57,295 bases of DNA, filler included, from Platydemus manokwari (GCA_037951405.1; 5 parts of 5 records of this genome joined end to end with filler, not necessarily neighbours in it), one strand, 5' to 3'. Counted from the first letter of the whole stretch, positions 12,826 to 26,356 are shown. The notes: generated by a model from the letters alone, not told the origin. Numbers and translations are program-made.

Positions 12826-13319
12826 GTTAAACTAAAAGATTAATGTTTTAAAATTAATATTTTTGGATTTATGAATTTGTTTTTAAACGTATATCCTGGA
12901 ATAATACTACAATCTTGGTGAGATAATATATATAAGTATATCAATTTACAATTCAATAGACAATTCCAAGTTAATTTTCAAATTGATTTTTAAAATTGAT
13001 TTGAAGTTATTATCATGATTATTGCCATGGTTAGGAAACTTTACTTGTTTGTAATATTGGCAATAAAAAGACTTCTAACTCACAGCCATTTCATTCATCT
13101 TGATTATCACTGAACACCAGACCTACCAACGCTTTATAAATGCATTTTTGGTTTTAAATAAGCACTTCTAACTCATCACATTTTTTATCTGCTGATTGCG
13201 ATCTAATAACCTGTCAATAAGATTATAGTAAAAACATCGGTTGTTTCCATCAAAATGTATTGCTTTAAAAATCTCACGCGTTTTCTTGAATATTGAAACA
13301 AATCTAGATTTAATTAACT

Positions 13320-14812
13320 TCCTTCTCCCGTTGTTTTTGAAATTCTTTTTAGCCACTCAATTATTCGAGGTTTAAGCTGTCTCTGGAAATTAAGAGGCTC
13401 TTGGTGTGGGTTTTAAAATTACAAAATTCTGCTAGGACCTTCATAACGACCTTTGTTCTTTATTTTGTGCGGTTCTTTCTTCACTTAAACTTCTCCAACC
13501 ACAAAAATTCTACAACCTCTTTTTTAGCATCGAATTTTCTTAAGTTTGTGGTTATTAATTTTAGCTGGTGTTCCGTTTCTTTGATGATCTGGACTTGGTG
13601 GTTTAGTTCATTTAGTCGTAGCCCATTCATATTAATTCGTCGTCGAAACAATATTTCAAAAGGAGAATACTGAATGTAGCTCCGATATTTTGCATTGATG
13701 ACAAATTCAATCCGAGGAATTAATTTATCCCAAGTCTGTTTCTATGATGCCAGCGTTGTTACCACTCTGTCTCGAACCGTCCTAATCATCCTTTCGATCA
13801 AGCCATTTACCTGGTGTTGGTATGGGGAGGTAAATTCTTGCTTTATTCCAAAACGTGTCGCTAATTACTTCATTTCCCTTCGCTGGAGGACTCTACTCCA
13901 ATCAGAGAGCATTGATTTTGGAGAACCATACCTATAAATCCAATTATCAATGATAGACTTGAAATACTTAACTCTTTTCGAATAAGTGGCACCAAGCTTA
14001 TTAACGTACTGAATCTATCTACAATAACCAAAAGATATTTGGTTTTAGTCATAAATTTCCAAAAGCGCGCAACATCAACAACGATTTTTTCCAGAGGACC
14101 AAATTATTCCCTTGGAATCATAATTTTTTTAGTCCACTCATTAAATACCTTCCGTTTAGCAAGAATATCACAATCCCGTACTTCGTGATCAATGCTTCGT
14201 GACATATTTGGCAAGAAGTGAATATTTTGAATATAATCTACCAATTTCTTATTACCGATATGGCACAACTCCTCATGAAGGTATCTCGTTAGTTTCTGTG
14301 AATGAATCTCTGGCACAACAAATTGCTTCTTTCCGCTCTCATTATACACCATCATATCTTAGACAATTCGTAATTAAACTAAACTGTTAAAATATTTGCT
14401 TTTCTTGACTGCTGATTTGACTCTTGTTTCCTGCTTTCTGCAAACATTTTCGAATGAAACCAACGACTGTATCTTCTTGATGAATCTTCCTTAGTTCGTC
14501 ATTATTCGTACTTGAGTGTTCGACAACATTAATATACCAACTTTTTAGTTTGCCTTCTTAAGCTCCATGGTGCTGACTTAAGCACTGTGAACAAAATGCT
14601 TCGCCTATCCATGAGAGTCCATCAGCATTTCCTTTCGATATTGAAGTTTGAAATTAAATCCGATAATATTTGTAAATCATGTTTGAAACTGAAGGCTAAT
14701 CGGTTTGTTAGTTTTCTTCATATATGTCAATACCTTGTGATCGGTACGAGTCACAAATTTCTTTCCCAATAGATAATGTTTAAAATGCATAGTAAACTAG
14801 TGGATTGCCAAA
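13320..14812 (-). mobile_element. Ty3/Gypsy pol relic: RNase H, integrase (HHCC + core), polypurine tract
   Basis: Minus strand: LAIH*FTMHFKHYLLGKKFVTRTDHK (RNase H); HEELCHIG...CDI (zinc finger); VIVDRFS; EFTSPYQHQVNGLIERMIRTVRD (integrase core); purine tract GGGAGAAGG at ~13321-13329. Many stops and frameshifts. It lies downstream of the kinesin exon-3 donor, so is probably intronic. Confidence 0.9.
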
Positions 14813-16605
14813 GAGGCAAACCATCAGTATTCCATTTTTGTGATCAATCGACTTCAGATTATAAGCTCCGTAATCAGTTCCTAAGGAGCAAAAAAAGTCA
14901 ATAAGAAGCATAATGCCATCAACAAACCCGACATCTAATCCACGCTTGAAGGAAATCACTGATCATTATTCGAAACTGCACCACATAAACTATCAGCAAA
15001 CTTTAACCCAATCCTGCCAGGACACGAGGATAATTCCAACCTAAAGGACATCACCCTCGCAAAGATTGAACACATTCAAAAAATTGGCCCATTCAGCACC
15101 CGGAAATGACGGAATAACTTACAAAGACCGGAAATCAATAGATCCGCAGCACATCTTCCTCAAGTCACTTTTCAGCAGGATAATCCGCGGTAAATCTATA
15201 CCAAATCAATGGAAAGAGTGCAACACAAGCCTCCTCATTAAACAGTGAAAACAATCTACCTCCCACATCATTACATCATGGAGTCCAATCGATCTAACGG
15301 ACTCTTTTTACCGGATTTTCTCCACCATGCTCAATCTTTGCTTATTCAAATGGATCGATGTTGGAAACCTGCTATCTAGTAATAAAAAGACCATGTTCGC
15401 ATCGGATGGTTGTGCTGAACACAACGCCTACCTGGTTTCGTTACAGGAATACATGGCCCAGCACAACAAGGACTCCCATATATGCTGGATTGATTTCAAA
15501 TAAGCCTTTCCAAGCCTGCCTTAAGACGTCATATAGATTACCCTCAACAAGATGGGATGTAATACTCACTCCATCAAGATGATTCAAATAATATATGAGG
15601 ACTGCAAAACAACTTACACTTGTGGAATACTAAAAACACATCCAATTCCAATTTAACGAGGGGTCAAACAAGGGTGCTCGTTGTCAAAGGCTCCCTTCTG
15701 TTTATCAATAGATTTTCTTTTGCATTCATCTGCAAGCCTACCGGAACCACTGACCGTCATCTTCGCAACTCTGGAGAAAACCTGGAAAATAGAACCAACT
15801 ACCTGGCACACCAATCAAATGATATACAGCTCATCATCAACACATCAAAATGCGGATACTTTGCAAAAAACACCAGAAACCGTATTGACCTAACAATCTT
15901 CGACCAGCCAATCGTAGACTCGGACAACCTATATAAATATTTCGGGGTGCCTTTCGGACCTCCAAAACAAACATCAGTGGAAATCATACTGGAATCAATC
16001 GTCACCGACTTCGAAGTGATCACAGAATGCAGCAGCTTCCTGCAATCTCTCAGACTGAGCACCGACATAAATACAAGCCCACCGGAAACCGCTACGAAAC
16101 TACGACCGGATCTAATCATCAGGAACAAAGACAAAAGACAAGCCTACATCATCTAGCTGAAGATCCCCTTCGATATCAGTGCAAACTTCAAAAAACACCG
16201 GACCTTGAACTACGAGAAATACAGATCAATTTCATCAGAAATCAAAACAAAGACCAGATATGAAACCTCACTAGATGTAATCTGCATCGGAGTGCTTGGC
16301 TCATGAGACCCCATAAACAACAAAGTTCTCAACAACATCGGCCTAGACAAAGCGCAGATTACACACACTTCAGGCTTCCTGATTGCAACACTATTAAAAG
16401 ATGCCTTTTCAACATACAAAACACACACTAATCAAAGAAACTGAAGCCACCATCATGGACAAGGGCCTTCAACCAACTGAGCACAACATCTACAGATTGA
16501 TGGATATCTATCGAATGAAACATCAGAAAATTGAGCAAAAGAATCTCTAAGAAGAATAAATCATTGAAAGAATGCAACTGTATATAGTGTATATAGTGTA
16601 TATAT
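14813..16605 (+). mobile_element. Decayed NeSL/R5-like non-LTR retrotransposon (RT + RLE, internal deletions)
   Basis: RT motifs SAPGNDGITY, IPNQWK, WSPIDL, DGCAEH, WIDFK*AFPSL, RGVKQGCSLS, a degenerate YADD region and YKYFGVPF. RLE motifs LRPDLII, LKIPFD, YEKY and IGVLGS*DP; stop 16442-16444. AATAAA at 16555-16560 and a (TGTATATAG)-like tandem tail at ~16579-16605. Confidence 0.88.
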
Positions 16606-16609
16606 AAAT

Positions 16610-17900
16610 CTTAGTTTTGTGCGAATCACAAACTTCTTTCCCAGTAGATAATGCTTAAAATGCATAACGAACTCGTGGATTGCCAAAAGCTCATTCCTTG
16701 ATTCTATTCCTCCAAGGAATATTCCATAAGTCTTCATCATATCAACTCCCCCAATAAATCCTAATGAAATTTCTTTTACAATAATGATCTCCTTTACTAG
16801 AAATTTGTAGTTCCAAACCATTAGGATCTTTATTGTCCCTAGACGCGATTTGTGTGTATTGGAGAATATACCAGCCAATCGAACATCAGAATTTTTAATC
16901 TAATGCACCTCCAATTGCTCTCATTAATTACTGTTATCGATCCGCCATAATCCCATAATATTTTAATATGTGTACCGTTGTAATAAATTTTATCCCACTG
17001 TCTATCATCTGCTTTCTGATACATTTGTGAATGCTTCGTCTTTCTCTTGCTGTCTTTCTTTACTTTTATTCCATCTCCAGCTGATATGTGCCCTATTGAC
17101 TCAACCTCACTGACAGAATAGGCGCAAAAGATTGATTCCAGTTTCTTCTCTTCCATGGAAAGTGAGCTAACACAATCACTTGCTTCACTTTCTGTTTGAA
17201 TATCGGCTTCATCTTCGTCATGGATGCACAATATTCTCCTCGGCTTTCTGGCTAAATGACATTCTCGGAATGAATGTCCTTCTTTTCCGCATATCAAACA
17301 TTTATTCCGCAGTGGATATTCAAACTTCCGGTGTCCAAGTTCACCACAGCAATGGCAAGTTCCTGGCAATTTCTTGTTATTTAAGCATTGCAGAATAAAT
17401 AATCTTGCAATTTCTTTAAGAGTGATTTTCTTGTCAAACACCTCAGAAACTAGTTTCTTAACCTTAAGTTCGAAACTGGGGTATTTTTTCATCTGGTCTT
17501 TGTTGCATTGCTGCAAATCCTAAACCTTGCCGTACATTGTTTTGGCATCTGAGAAAGTTTCCAAAAACCATTTATCAATCTCTTTTTTTAAAACAGCTTC
17601 TTTGAAACTGTTGAATTTTTGCCACAGTTGTTTGGTGTCACCTCTCAACAGCATGTCAAATGCAAATTATAGTTTCATTTGATTAAATGTGGTGAAATCT
17701 TTAGTTATTTGAAACGATTTTTCAGCACCTTGGATTGATGAATCAAAGAACGACGGCTTTGGAATCAATAAATAAATAGCTTTTTCGGATAGATTCGCAA
17801 AAATTTTCTGCCTCTATTCTCGTTTAACTCTAGTAATAACATTTTCTGTCAGCTGCGAATCCTTCGATTTTACTTAGTCAAAGATTTCAACGTTTATTCG
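16610..17900 (-). mobile_element. Ty3/Gypsy relic: gag (two CCHC knuckles), aspartic protease, fused directly to RNase H (RT deleted)
   Basis: CHCCGELGH and CLICGKEGHSFREC knuckles; protease LWDYGGSITVI and FIGGVDMMK; then immediately RNELLAIHEFVMHFKHYLLGKKFVIRT. Confidence 0.88.
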
Positions 17901-18206
17901 CATACTAATAAATATGTGATTGATATTTATCAATCAATAGTTTGTAAAAATCATTTTAATAATTAATAATTATTCATTTAATTTGGGTTATTGTAAGTTG
18001 AATAATTATATAATTAATTGAATGTACTAAATCAACAAATAATAGTTTTTTACAATAAAATTATATACAAATATTAACATAATTGACAAAAGGTGGAAAG
18101 AAGATGCAATAGTGATTGTTAAACTATTATATTAATATAGGGTTTTTTGAGTTTTAAAATAAATTTTGCACAATTTAAGATAATTATTTACATGAATAAG
18201 AGAATT

Positions 18207-18306
18207 NNNNNNNNNNNNNNNNNNNNNNNNNNNNNNNNNNNNNNNNNNNNTTAATTAATTAANNNNNNNNNNNNNNNNNNNNNNNNNNNNNNNNNNNNNN
18301 NNNNNN
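18207..18306. other. Artificial assembly spacer
   Basis: N44-TTAATTAATTAA-N44. Confidence 0.97.
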
Positions 18307-18314
18307 TTATCATT

Positions 18315-18318
<4 letters not shown>

Positions 18319-18369
<51 letters not shown>

Positions 18370-18386
18370 CATTATTACTGTTATTA
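18319..18386. repeat. (TAT)n microsatellite
   Basis: Long TAT run at the contig start. Confidence 0.95.
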
Positions 18387-19122
18387 TATAGATTAATAAC
18401 ACAATAAATACAAATGCCCTTAAAATGCCCGTGTAATGAAATATAATGGTATTCGGTAATTCTCGAAATGAACTGCTCTAATCGTTTTTAACTGCCATAT
18501 AATAAATCATATCTATTCAAATTACTGACAACTTTGTGTTATTGCCTTGGGTTCGATTTTATTAAAAATATCTAAGAGATAAATTGATAATTATATTCAA
18601 CATCGATCATATGAAAAATAACTTTTAGTAAAAAAAAATTAATGTTTTATCGCAAAAGATATTCATATTCAGCTTGTGGACAATATAACCCTGTGCTTGT
18701 GTTAACGATCTATTTTTGTTTTCTTGTATTTTAATAATAAATACTTCACGTTAAAAACTCATTGTTTAAAAGATTATAATAACAGTTGAACTCGGTTAAT
18801 ACCAAAACAAATCGATAATTTATTTTCTTTCATTGTAGGCCACAACGACTCATGTTAAATGTAGTTAAATTTCATTGGCTGAATTGATGGAATAAAGATA
18901 TTGTGCAATTCAGTCAAAATCTTATTACAATTTAAAAAATAGACAAGGACATATTTACAGTTATAGTTCGGAAGATTATTGTTGATGACAAAACACAGTT
19001 ACACAGAAATATAAGAGGTCAGGGTTGATTATATTTAATTTGTAACTGTTTAGTATCAGTTTTTATTCATTTTAATAATCTCTATCAGTGTCACTATTTT
19101 TCTAAGAAAGGATGAGATGATC

Positions 19123-22100
19123 TTAAACGAGTTCAATGGTTTTACAATTATCAAATCTAAAAGTAGTACTTGTTATTTGTTCCTGAACGATTTCAGATTT
19201 TGTTTTGGTTGTAAATTCTTTTCCAGATGTTTGATCAAATTTGCAACAAATTTTGAATCCTATCATTTGCCAGAATCGACAATGGAAATAATTTTCAAAA
19301 TAGACCGGAATTCTCTCAATGATAATTTGCGGATCTGGTGGGTAGGTTTGGAGATGATGTAACACTTTTTGATAAACCTTTTCGGTTGCTAGTTTTGTTA
19401 TATTATTAATTACATCATCTAGTTGCGGCTTAATAGATGCTTTATTAACGACCTCAGAAGAATTTTTCAACGTTTCGATCGTTTCCCGAATTTGGTGGAT
19501 TGAATTTGAATGCTCATTAAGCTTCGTTTTCATGGGCGGGATTTCTGATAATTTCTCATAATCGCTTAGACATTCTGTTTTAATACCCTCGATTTCCTTG
19601 TTTATTCTATTCAACTTTGATTCTACCTCAAAGATTTTACTATGGAAATGTAAAAATCGACGTTTAAGAGCATTCAAAAATCGCGTTTCAATTTCGACGA
19701 GTTTCTTTTGAAATTGTTTGTTTGTCGTCGTTTGTAATTCGATAAAATTCGACATCATCTCGATTTGTTTGGTTTGACTAACATTTATAGAATCGGTATT
19801 TGATTGAGTTTTGTCCTTATTTTTGTGTTGTTGCTCTGTTTCTTCTCTATTGTCATTTGAGTTGATTTTATAAGTTTCTGATTTGCCATGTGGTAATTCT
19901 TGATTTTCTAATTTATTTAAATTATCGTATTCCATTTTTACTTGTTTAAGGGATTCATTTTTGTTAGTATTTTTCTTATGTGATGTTATTTGATTTGTAT
20001 TTTCCTTTTCCTCGTTTTTATTCTCGTCAGATAAATCGTTTCTTGGTTGAGATTCACGTGCTTTGACTTCACTGGTACTTACTTCCTCATTAACACTTTC
20101 TTCAGTAGCTTTGTTATAATCTTCATTTTTAATATCTTTTCTGTTTTCAGCTTTCTCTTTAATTTCATGTAGTTCATTTTGTGTATTTTTTATATCGCTT
20201 TCTTGTGTTTCTTTGCTTTCTATAATTTCTTCTTTTATTCTATCTATATTTTTATAAACTTTATTTTGCTGTTTACTTCCATCGGTTTCTTCACTTTCAT
20301 TCTTACTTAACTGCTTTTTTATTATCCTATTTTGAACCTCTTTTTTATTTTTATCATCTTCATTGTTTTTAATATTTTCATTCTCTTTTTCCTTTTGATA
20401 TCTTTTATCTTTATTAACATCATTCATTCGTTCATTATCTTCTTCATTCACATTATCAGTTTTTAAGATTTGAGTTTCATTAGCATTTTCAATCTCATTA
20501 GTTTTGGTTATATCTCTGTCAGTTTCATTTTCAGAGACGTTTTTTTCTTCCTTAACATTTTTATTGTCAATACTTTTATTTTCTTGCAAATGCTTTTCTT
20601 GTTCTTTATCTTCTTCATAATCATTATTAGTAATTCTTTGTTTTTTATCATTTTTTTTAGTTTTGTCCTTATTTTCAAATTTTTCTTTCTTTATTTTTTG
20701 CGTATCATTTCTATTTTTCTTATCGTCGTTTTCATCAGCATTTCCCGTATCTTTATTTATTAAATTCTTGGAATTATGAGTCGTATCACTCCTATTTCCT
20801 TCGACATCATCTACATCACTTTCATATTCAGTATCTGTTATTTTGTCACTATCTGTTTGTTCCTTTTCATATTTTCCATTTGTTTTATAATTTAAACTTT
20901 CTTTTCTCTGATTTTCATCATCTTTATTAACTCTTTTATCCTTTACATTTTTATCGATATCAATATTTTGAATTTTTTCATTTTCTCCAGTATTTTCATT
21001 TTTGGATTTCATTTCACCAATTTCTACAATCTTATTATTTCTAGACAGTTTTTCTTTCTTTTCGTCAATGTTTCGATCGTTCTTATTTTTCGCTTCATCT
21101 TTATTTTCTTCAACTTTTTTGTTCTCTTTATTTTCTTTATTTTTCACTTCATTTTCTTTCAATCCATCGACTATCTTTCTTTTTATTTGATGGCTTTTTG
21201 TATCAATTTGATTTTCTCTATTCTGCTTTTTAGATTTATCAATTTTTATCGTATTATTATCTTTAGTATTCTTATTTTTTTCAATATCGATTTCACTTTC
21301 ATTATGTTCATTATACTTTACAGTTTCAGTTTTATCTTCACTTTCAACATTTTTATTCGTCTTACTATTATTTTTATTCTGAGTAGTATCGCCATATTTA
21401 TTTTTTTCATTTTTATTATCCCCGTCTGCAGTAGATTTATTGCTTTTGTGGTGGTCTACACTTCCTTTAACTTTTTTCGTGCTTTCTGTAGCTATAACTT
21501 TTTCATTATTTTTTTCCTGCTTTTTTCCTATATCGTCTTTATTTTCATTTTCTGTTTCTTCATTTTCTAAACTAGATATTTTTCTTTTGATTTTGACACT
21601 GAACTCTTTCTCTTCACTTTCTTTGTAATTTTTATCATTTTTCTTATTAACTTTTACCTTTATTATCTTTTGATCAAGTTTTTCATTTTTATTCTTGTCG
21701 TTATCAATTTCATTTTCATTAGTTTTATTGAGTTTTTGGTTTTTATTAACTTTATCTTTTTGCTTATCAATTTCAATTTCATTCAACTTTTTTCGATCAC
21801 CATCTTGAGTTTTGAAATTATTTTCCACTTCATTTTTATTTTTATCATCATCTACAATTTCATTTGTTCTTTCATTTTCAGATTTTAATGTGTTCTTTTT
21901 GTCATCATTTTCCTCCCCATTTCCTTCATCATTTACTTCACTATTCTTTCCTTTGTTTGTTTCGTTATCTTCTATAATTTCGACTTTTGCCTTACTTTTA
22001 TTCGCTTCTTCAAGTTCTTTTTTTTCTTTATTTCTATTAACTGTATTATTTGCTTGAAATGTATTATTATTTTTTTCATTTTCTGATTTTCTAAATTTAA

Positions 22101-23436
22101 TTTGACCTTCATTTTCATCTTTTAATTTCATTCCATTTTCTTTATTTCTGGTGTCTTTACTATTTTCCACCTTTATCTTTTCATTTTTGCTAATAGCTTT
22201 ATTCTCGTTATCTCCGTCATTATCTCTACTATGATCTTTATCCTTTTCGTATTTATTTATCTCTTCAATACCATCTCTTACATTAGTTTCATCATTTTTA
22301 GTGTTTTCTTTTTGATCTTCAGTTTCACTTCTTTGATTTTCATAATCACTTTGATTTTTGGACTCTCGTTTAATATGTTTTTGATTTTTACTTTCTTTTT
22401 CCACTGAATTTTCATTTTTTATCTTAAACTCTTTATTTGCATCACTTGTCTTCGTTATCTTATTTTCTCTATTATTTTCATCTTTAGAATCTCCAGATCT
22501 TATTTGTCTGATCTGATTTACGTTTTCCTCATTTCTAATATTTTTTACTCTTTCTGTTCGATCTGTTTTATCAATTTTATTTTTCTTAACCTCAACATTT
22601 TTATCTTTTTTATTACTTTTATCGCTTTCATCAATTTTATTTTCTTCGTCATTTTCTTCTTCCTTATTTTCAATGTCATTGTTCACATTAGTTATATTAC
22701 TAACTTTCTCGGTTTTATCATGAGCATTTTCTGTAATATGTGGCTTTTCACTTCCAGTTTTATCATTCCCATTAGTCGTGTCAAAATATCTCTTATCGCT
22801 AGTATGCTCATCTATAATTTCCTCGTATGAATCTTTCTCGTCATTATTTGTTTTATTCACCGTGTTATCATCATTTTCACTTTGATTATCAGCCAGATTA
22901 CTCGTTCCATTTATATTTTGAGATATCTTAACTTCATTTTTTGTCTCATTATCCAGCTTTGAATTTTCAATATCCTGTTTCTTATAGGGTTCTTGACTAT
23001 CATTCTTATCCATAGTTTTATATATTTCAGACTGATCTGGTTTTTTAACTGGTTCCTTTTCGATTTTCTCTGATTTGGATTGATGAATATCTACACTTTG
23101 AATCTCAAACATTTTACTAACAAATTTTACCGACCCCAAAATTATTGAATGAGATTTTTGCAATTTGCTGCATTCGATCGAACTCTTTCCATCATTGATT
23201 AAGCGATTCAATTTCGATAATTCCACTTTCTTGCGGGACTGAAGAGAATTCTCATCTAAATCCTTTGTCATCACCTTAATCCATTCGGTGATGGAACAGA
23301 TTTCATCGTCTAATGAATTGAGTGTATGGATGCAGACCAATAAAATAAATGCCCTGATAAATGAAATGAATTTCCATTGACGATATTAATTAGAAAAAAA
23401 AACAAAAACAAAATCCACAACCTACCATTTTATCAT
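19123..23436 (-). CDS. Large predicted secreted low-complexity (Lys/Glu/Asn/Asp-rich) protein, ~1410 aa; exon 1 23436-23426, exon 2 23353-19123
   Basis: 4.2-kb uninterrupted ORF. An 11-nt coding exon (ATGATAAAATG|GTAGGT) spliced across a 72-nt intron (...TTATCAG|G) restores the frame and gives the signal-peptide-like start MIKWAFILLVCIHTLNS. The C-terminus has a coiled-coil and a small Cys-containing domain. Confidence 0.8.
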
Positions 23437-24754
23437 TGTTTTGAAAAAATAATTCCTAAAGCAATTCAATTGATTAATACGTGTTGAAATCAGAACAAAC
23501 TAGAAATTCAGAAAATTATAATTTGACAACATCTGGTATGACAACAAAGCAATTTTGTCGAGTCTACTTACAAATTGAAATTCTTAATTACTAATTTACG
23601 GACGTGGAGTACAACAAGGTATATGCCAAATATAATTCATTGAGATTGGTTAATATAAATATATCATTACTATATTTCTATTACAGATATTTATTTATAA
23701 ATTATGATATTATTATCACAATAGCAAATAAATATTAATCATTATTATCAATATTAACACACAATCTAACTTGATTAATGCCCATTAATAGATAAATTTC
23801 GTTTATCATTTACTTTCAACTATTAATAATTTATTTCATATAATTAACCAAAAAATGTTGATGGCCCTTTCTTTATTAACAGTTTATATGTCCATTCAAA
23901 TTAAATTTCAAATCACATGCAAGAATGTGTTTAAATTTGACGGATTGGTTTTATGGAAGATGATTAACTGATAATATAGAAAATATCTGATTTAGAAGAA
24001 ATAGCTAAATATAGATTAGCGATTCTAGTTAGACTAATTACGATTGATGATGATGCCATTTATAATTAAAAGTGTATCCAGATATTTCATTGGTTGGATT
24101 TGGTTTTCTTAATCAGGTTTTTATTCATCCATATGGGTATTATAATAATCTAAGTTAATATCACAATTTTTAAATGCACTGAAATTATAATAATTATTAA
24201 TAGTTTTACTCGCATATCTAGGAAGTTGATAATACAAGCGAGACTTTTTAAATTAAATTCGATAGCACTTGAGAAGAACTAATTTCCTAAAACTTTAATT
24301 CAAAATTAATACCTTAGAGTTAGTAAATCCTCAGATAAAATATCTACTTTATAACGAAGTTACTATTTATTTAATAATAATCTCTTAATCATTATATCAA
24401 CATGATATAAACATTAAATTGCTCGATATGCTTGCAACTACTCATTTAATAGTCAAAACGAATCCTCAATATATAAATTTAAAATGATAAAATTAAATAA
24501 TTTGACCACAAAATAAATATACTTCAGGTAATATTTTTGTATTAAATATTTAGTACAATCCCTAATGAAAAAATTATGCTTATATCAAATTTAAATCGAC
24601 ACACCTGTAAACCCATCAAATCTTAGTAGAAACGTCGTCTATGGGGAGAATAATCTATAAAGATTATTGACTTTTTAGACAGTCATAGCAACTTTCAATT
24701 AATCATTATCAATAAGTTTGAATTTAAATTTTGATTTCTTACAAAAATCTCGAA

Positions 24755-25060
24755 ATGGCGTGTAGCATTAATCCGCAATGTATTTCCAATGGACCTAGAT
24801 TTCCCAATCCTGAAATTGATCCAACAATTGAGCTTGTCAGTAATCCATTCGCTGATAGGGATTTCAATATTTGCACATGTCTTGATAAATACAATAATGA
24901 AGGTATTAATCAAGGATATTTGTGCAATTTTTGTGTTGACAATTACAATTTCGGCCCAGAACGTGGCCATAGAATGAGATGTCGACAATGTGGAAGAATA
25001 ACATATTCCGATACTGAAGCTCGACTTTTCGAAGCAGATCGATTCAAATTAAGTCATTAA
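24755..25060 (+). CDS. Small intronless 101-aa protein with 8 Cys (possible RING-like zinc finger)
   Basis: ATG 24755 in AAATGG context; C-x5-C-x30-CxC-x14-CxxC-x15-CxxC; more GC-rich than its flanks; TATAAA at ~24656-24661. Confidence 0.6.
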   Translation: MACSINPQCISNGPRFPNPEIDPTIELVSNPFADRDFNICTCLDKYNNEGINQGYLCNFCVDNYNFGPERGHRMRCRQCGRITYSDTEARLFEADRFKLSH

Positions 25061-26356
25061 TTTGAGAGGATTTTGTTTTTGTTTTTTTTATTCGAAAGAA
25101 ATGATTTACTATTATAATAATATCTTTCATTTTATTTTTCGTTTTTGAAATCACATGTTATATTGAAGAGAATGATTTGATAATCCTTACTGTATTCTGA
25201 TATTTTTTAACTTTTGTGTGGATTTTGGAACTCTTTTTAGACACCCAGTTCGTCACGGAACACCAAACTAGTCATTCTTGAATCTAAATATGAATAATAA
25301 TCTTAATAAGTTTAAAAAAATATATTGAAATTCTTAACTTTTACTTTATTTCTTTTGAAATATAAATACTTCTAACTGCAGAATATCATAAAATGTAGTT
25401 TTGTTATTCAATTTTGTGTTAGAAATACGTAAATGGTGTTATTGTGCATAAAACTGATGAAAATGAAGTCCATATTTTGTTTTTGTGTGTAAATGGAAAC
25501 AAGTTCCATTAATCTACCTTCGTGAATTCTTCATTGAAAATTTATTTTTATTTTCTTAGGAATTGTATTTCAAAACATTCATTAACCATCAGAATCATTC
25601 AGGCCGGATTGATTTGCTTTATTTTGCTCATTACCAATTGAATGACTTTAACAAATCCATCAGTTTTAAGATTTTAAAAATAATTATTAAATATAAATAA
25701 TAAAATAAACGATCCGGTACGTTAAGAAATAATATGAAAAAAATGAATTACAAACATATTAAGCATAAAATTTAATTAAAGTTAATTAATACGTCCAGAA
25801 ATAAATTAATATAGCTTTAAAAATAACAAAATGAAAACCATTGTTCATGATTTTCGAATATTTTATCTAGTTCATTAACATTCTAAACTATAGCTACAAA
25901 TCTTGTACTTGTGATTTGAAATTAATTTTATTTGAACTTATCGTCAATTTAATCTCTTGCGAAGAATATTTTAATACAAATATTATTGTTGATAAGGACA
26001 TTAGATTGATTTATTTTTTTCGAAGAGTATTATTTTTGAAAATCAATCGTTCTGAAACTTTTTATTAAAATACGAATTTTTTGAAACTAATATATACCAG
26101 ATCATATGGGTTTTAACGATAAAGTTATATGTAATTAATATCTTAAATATATTATTATTTTTAATTAATTAAAACTCAAAAAATGCAATCCGAATTGCAG
26201 CTTTAATTCCCATTCACTTTTAATTGTTTTCCAATAAGCTAGATTGGGACATGGATCTTAGCTTATGTTGGGTATAAGCTTACAATAAAACCTGAAAATT
26301 ATAATTTAAACTACAATATCACAAGCTCGTGTTATAAACAGATATAATTAAAATTG

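Noticed and set aside
20470-22830. Several Phe/Ile-rich plus-strand ORFs that look like membrane proteins
   Set aside because: They are antisense shadows of the K/E/N-rich ORF at 19123-23353.
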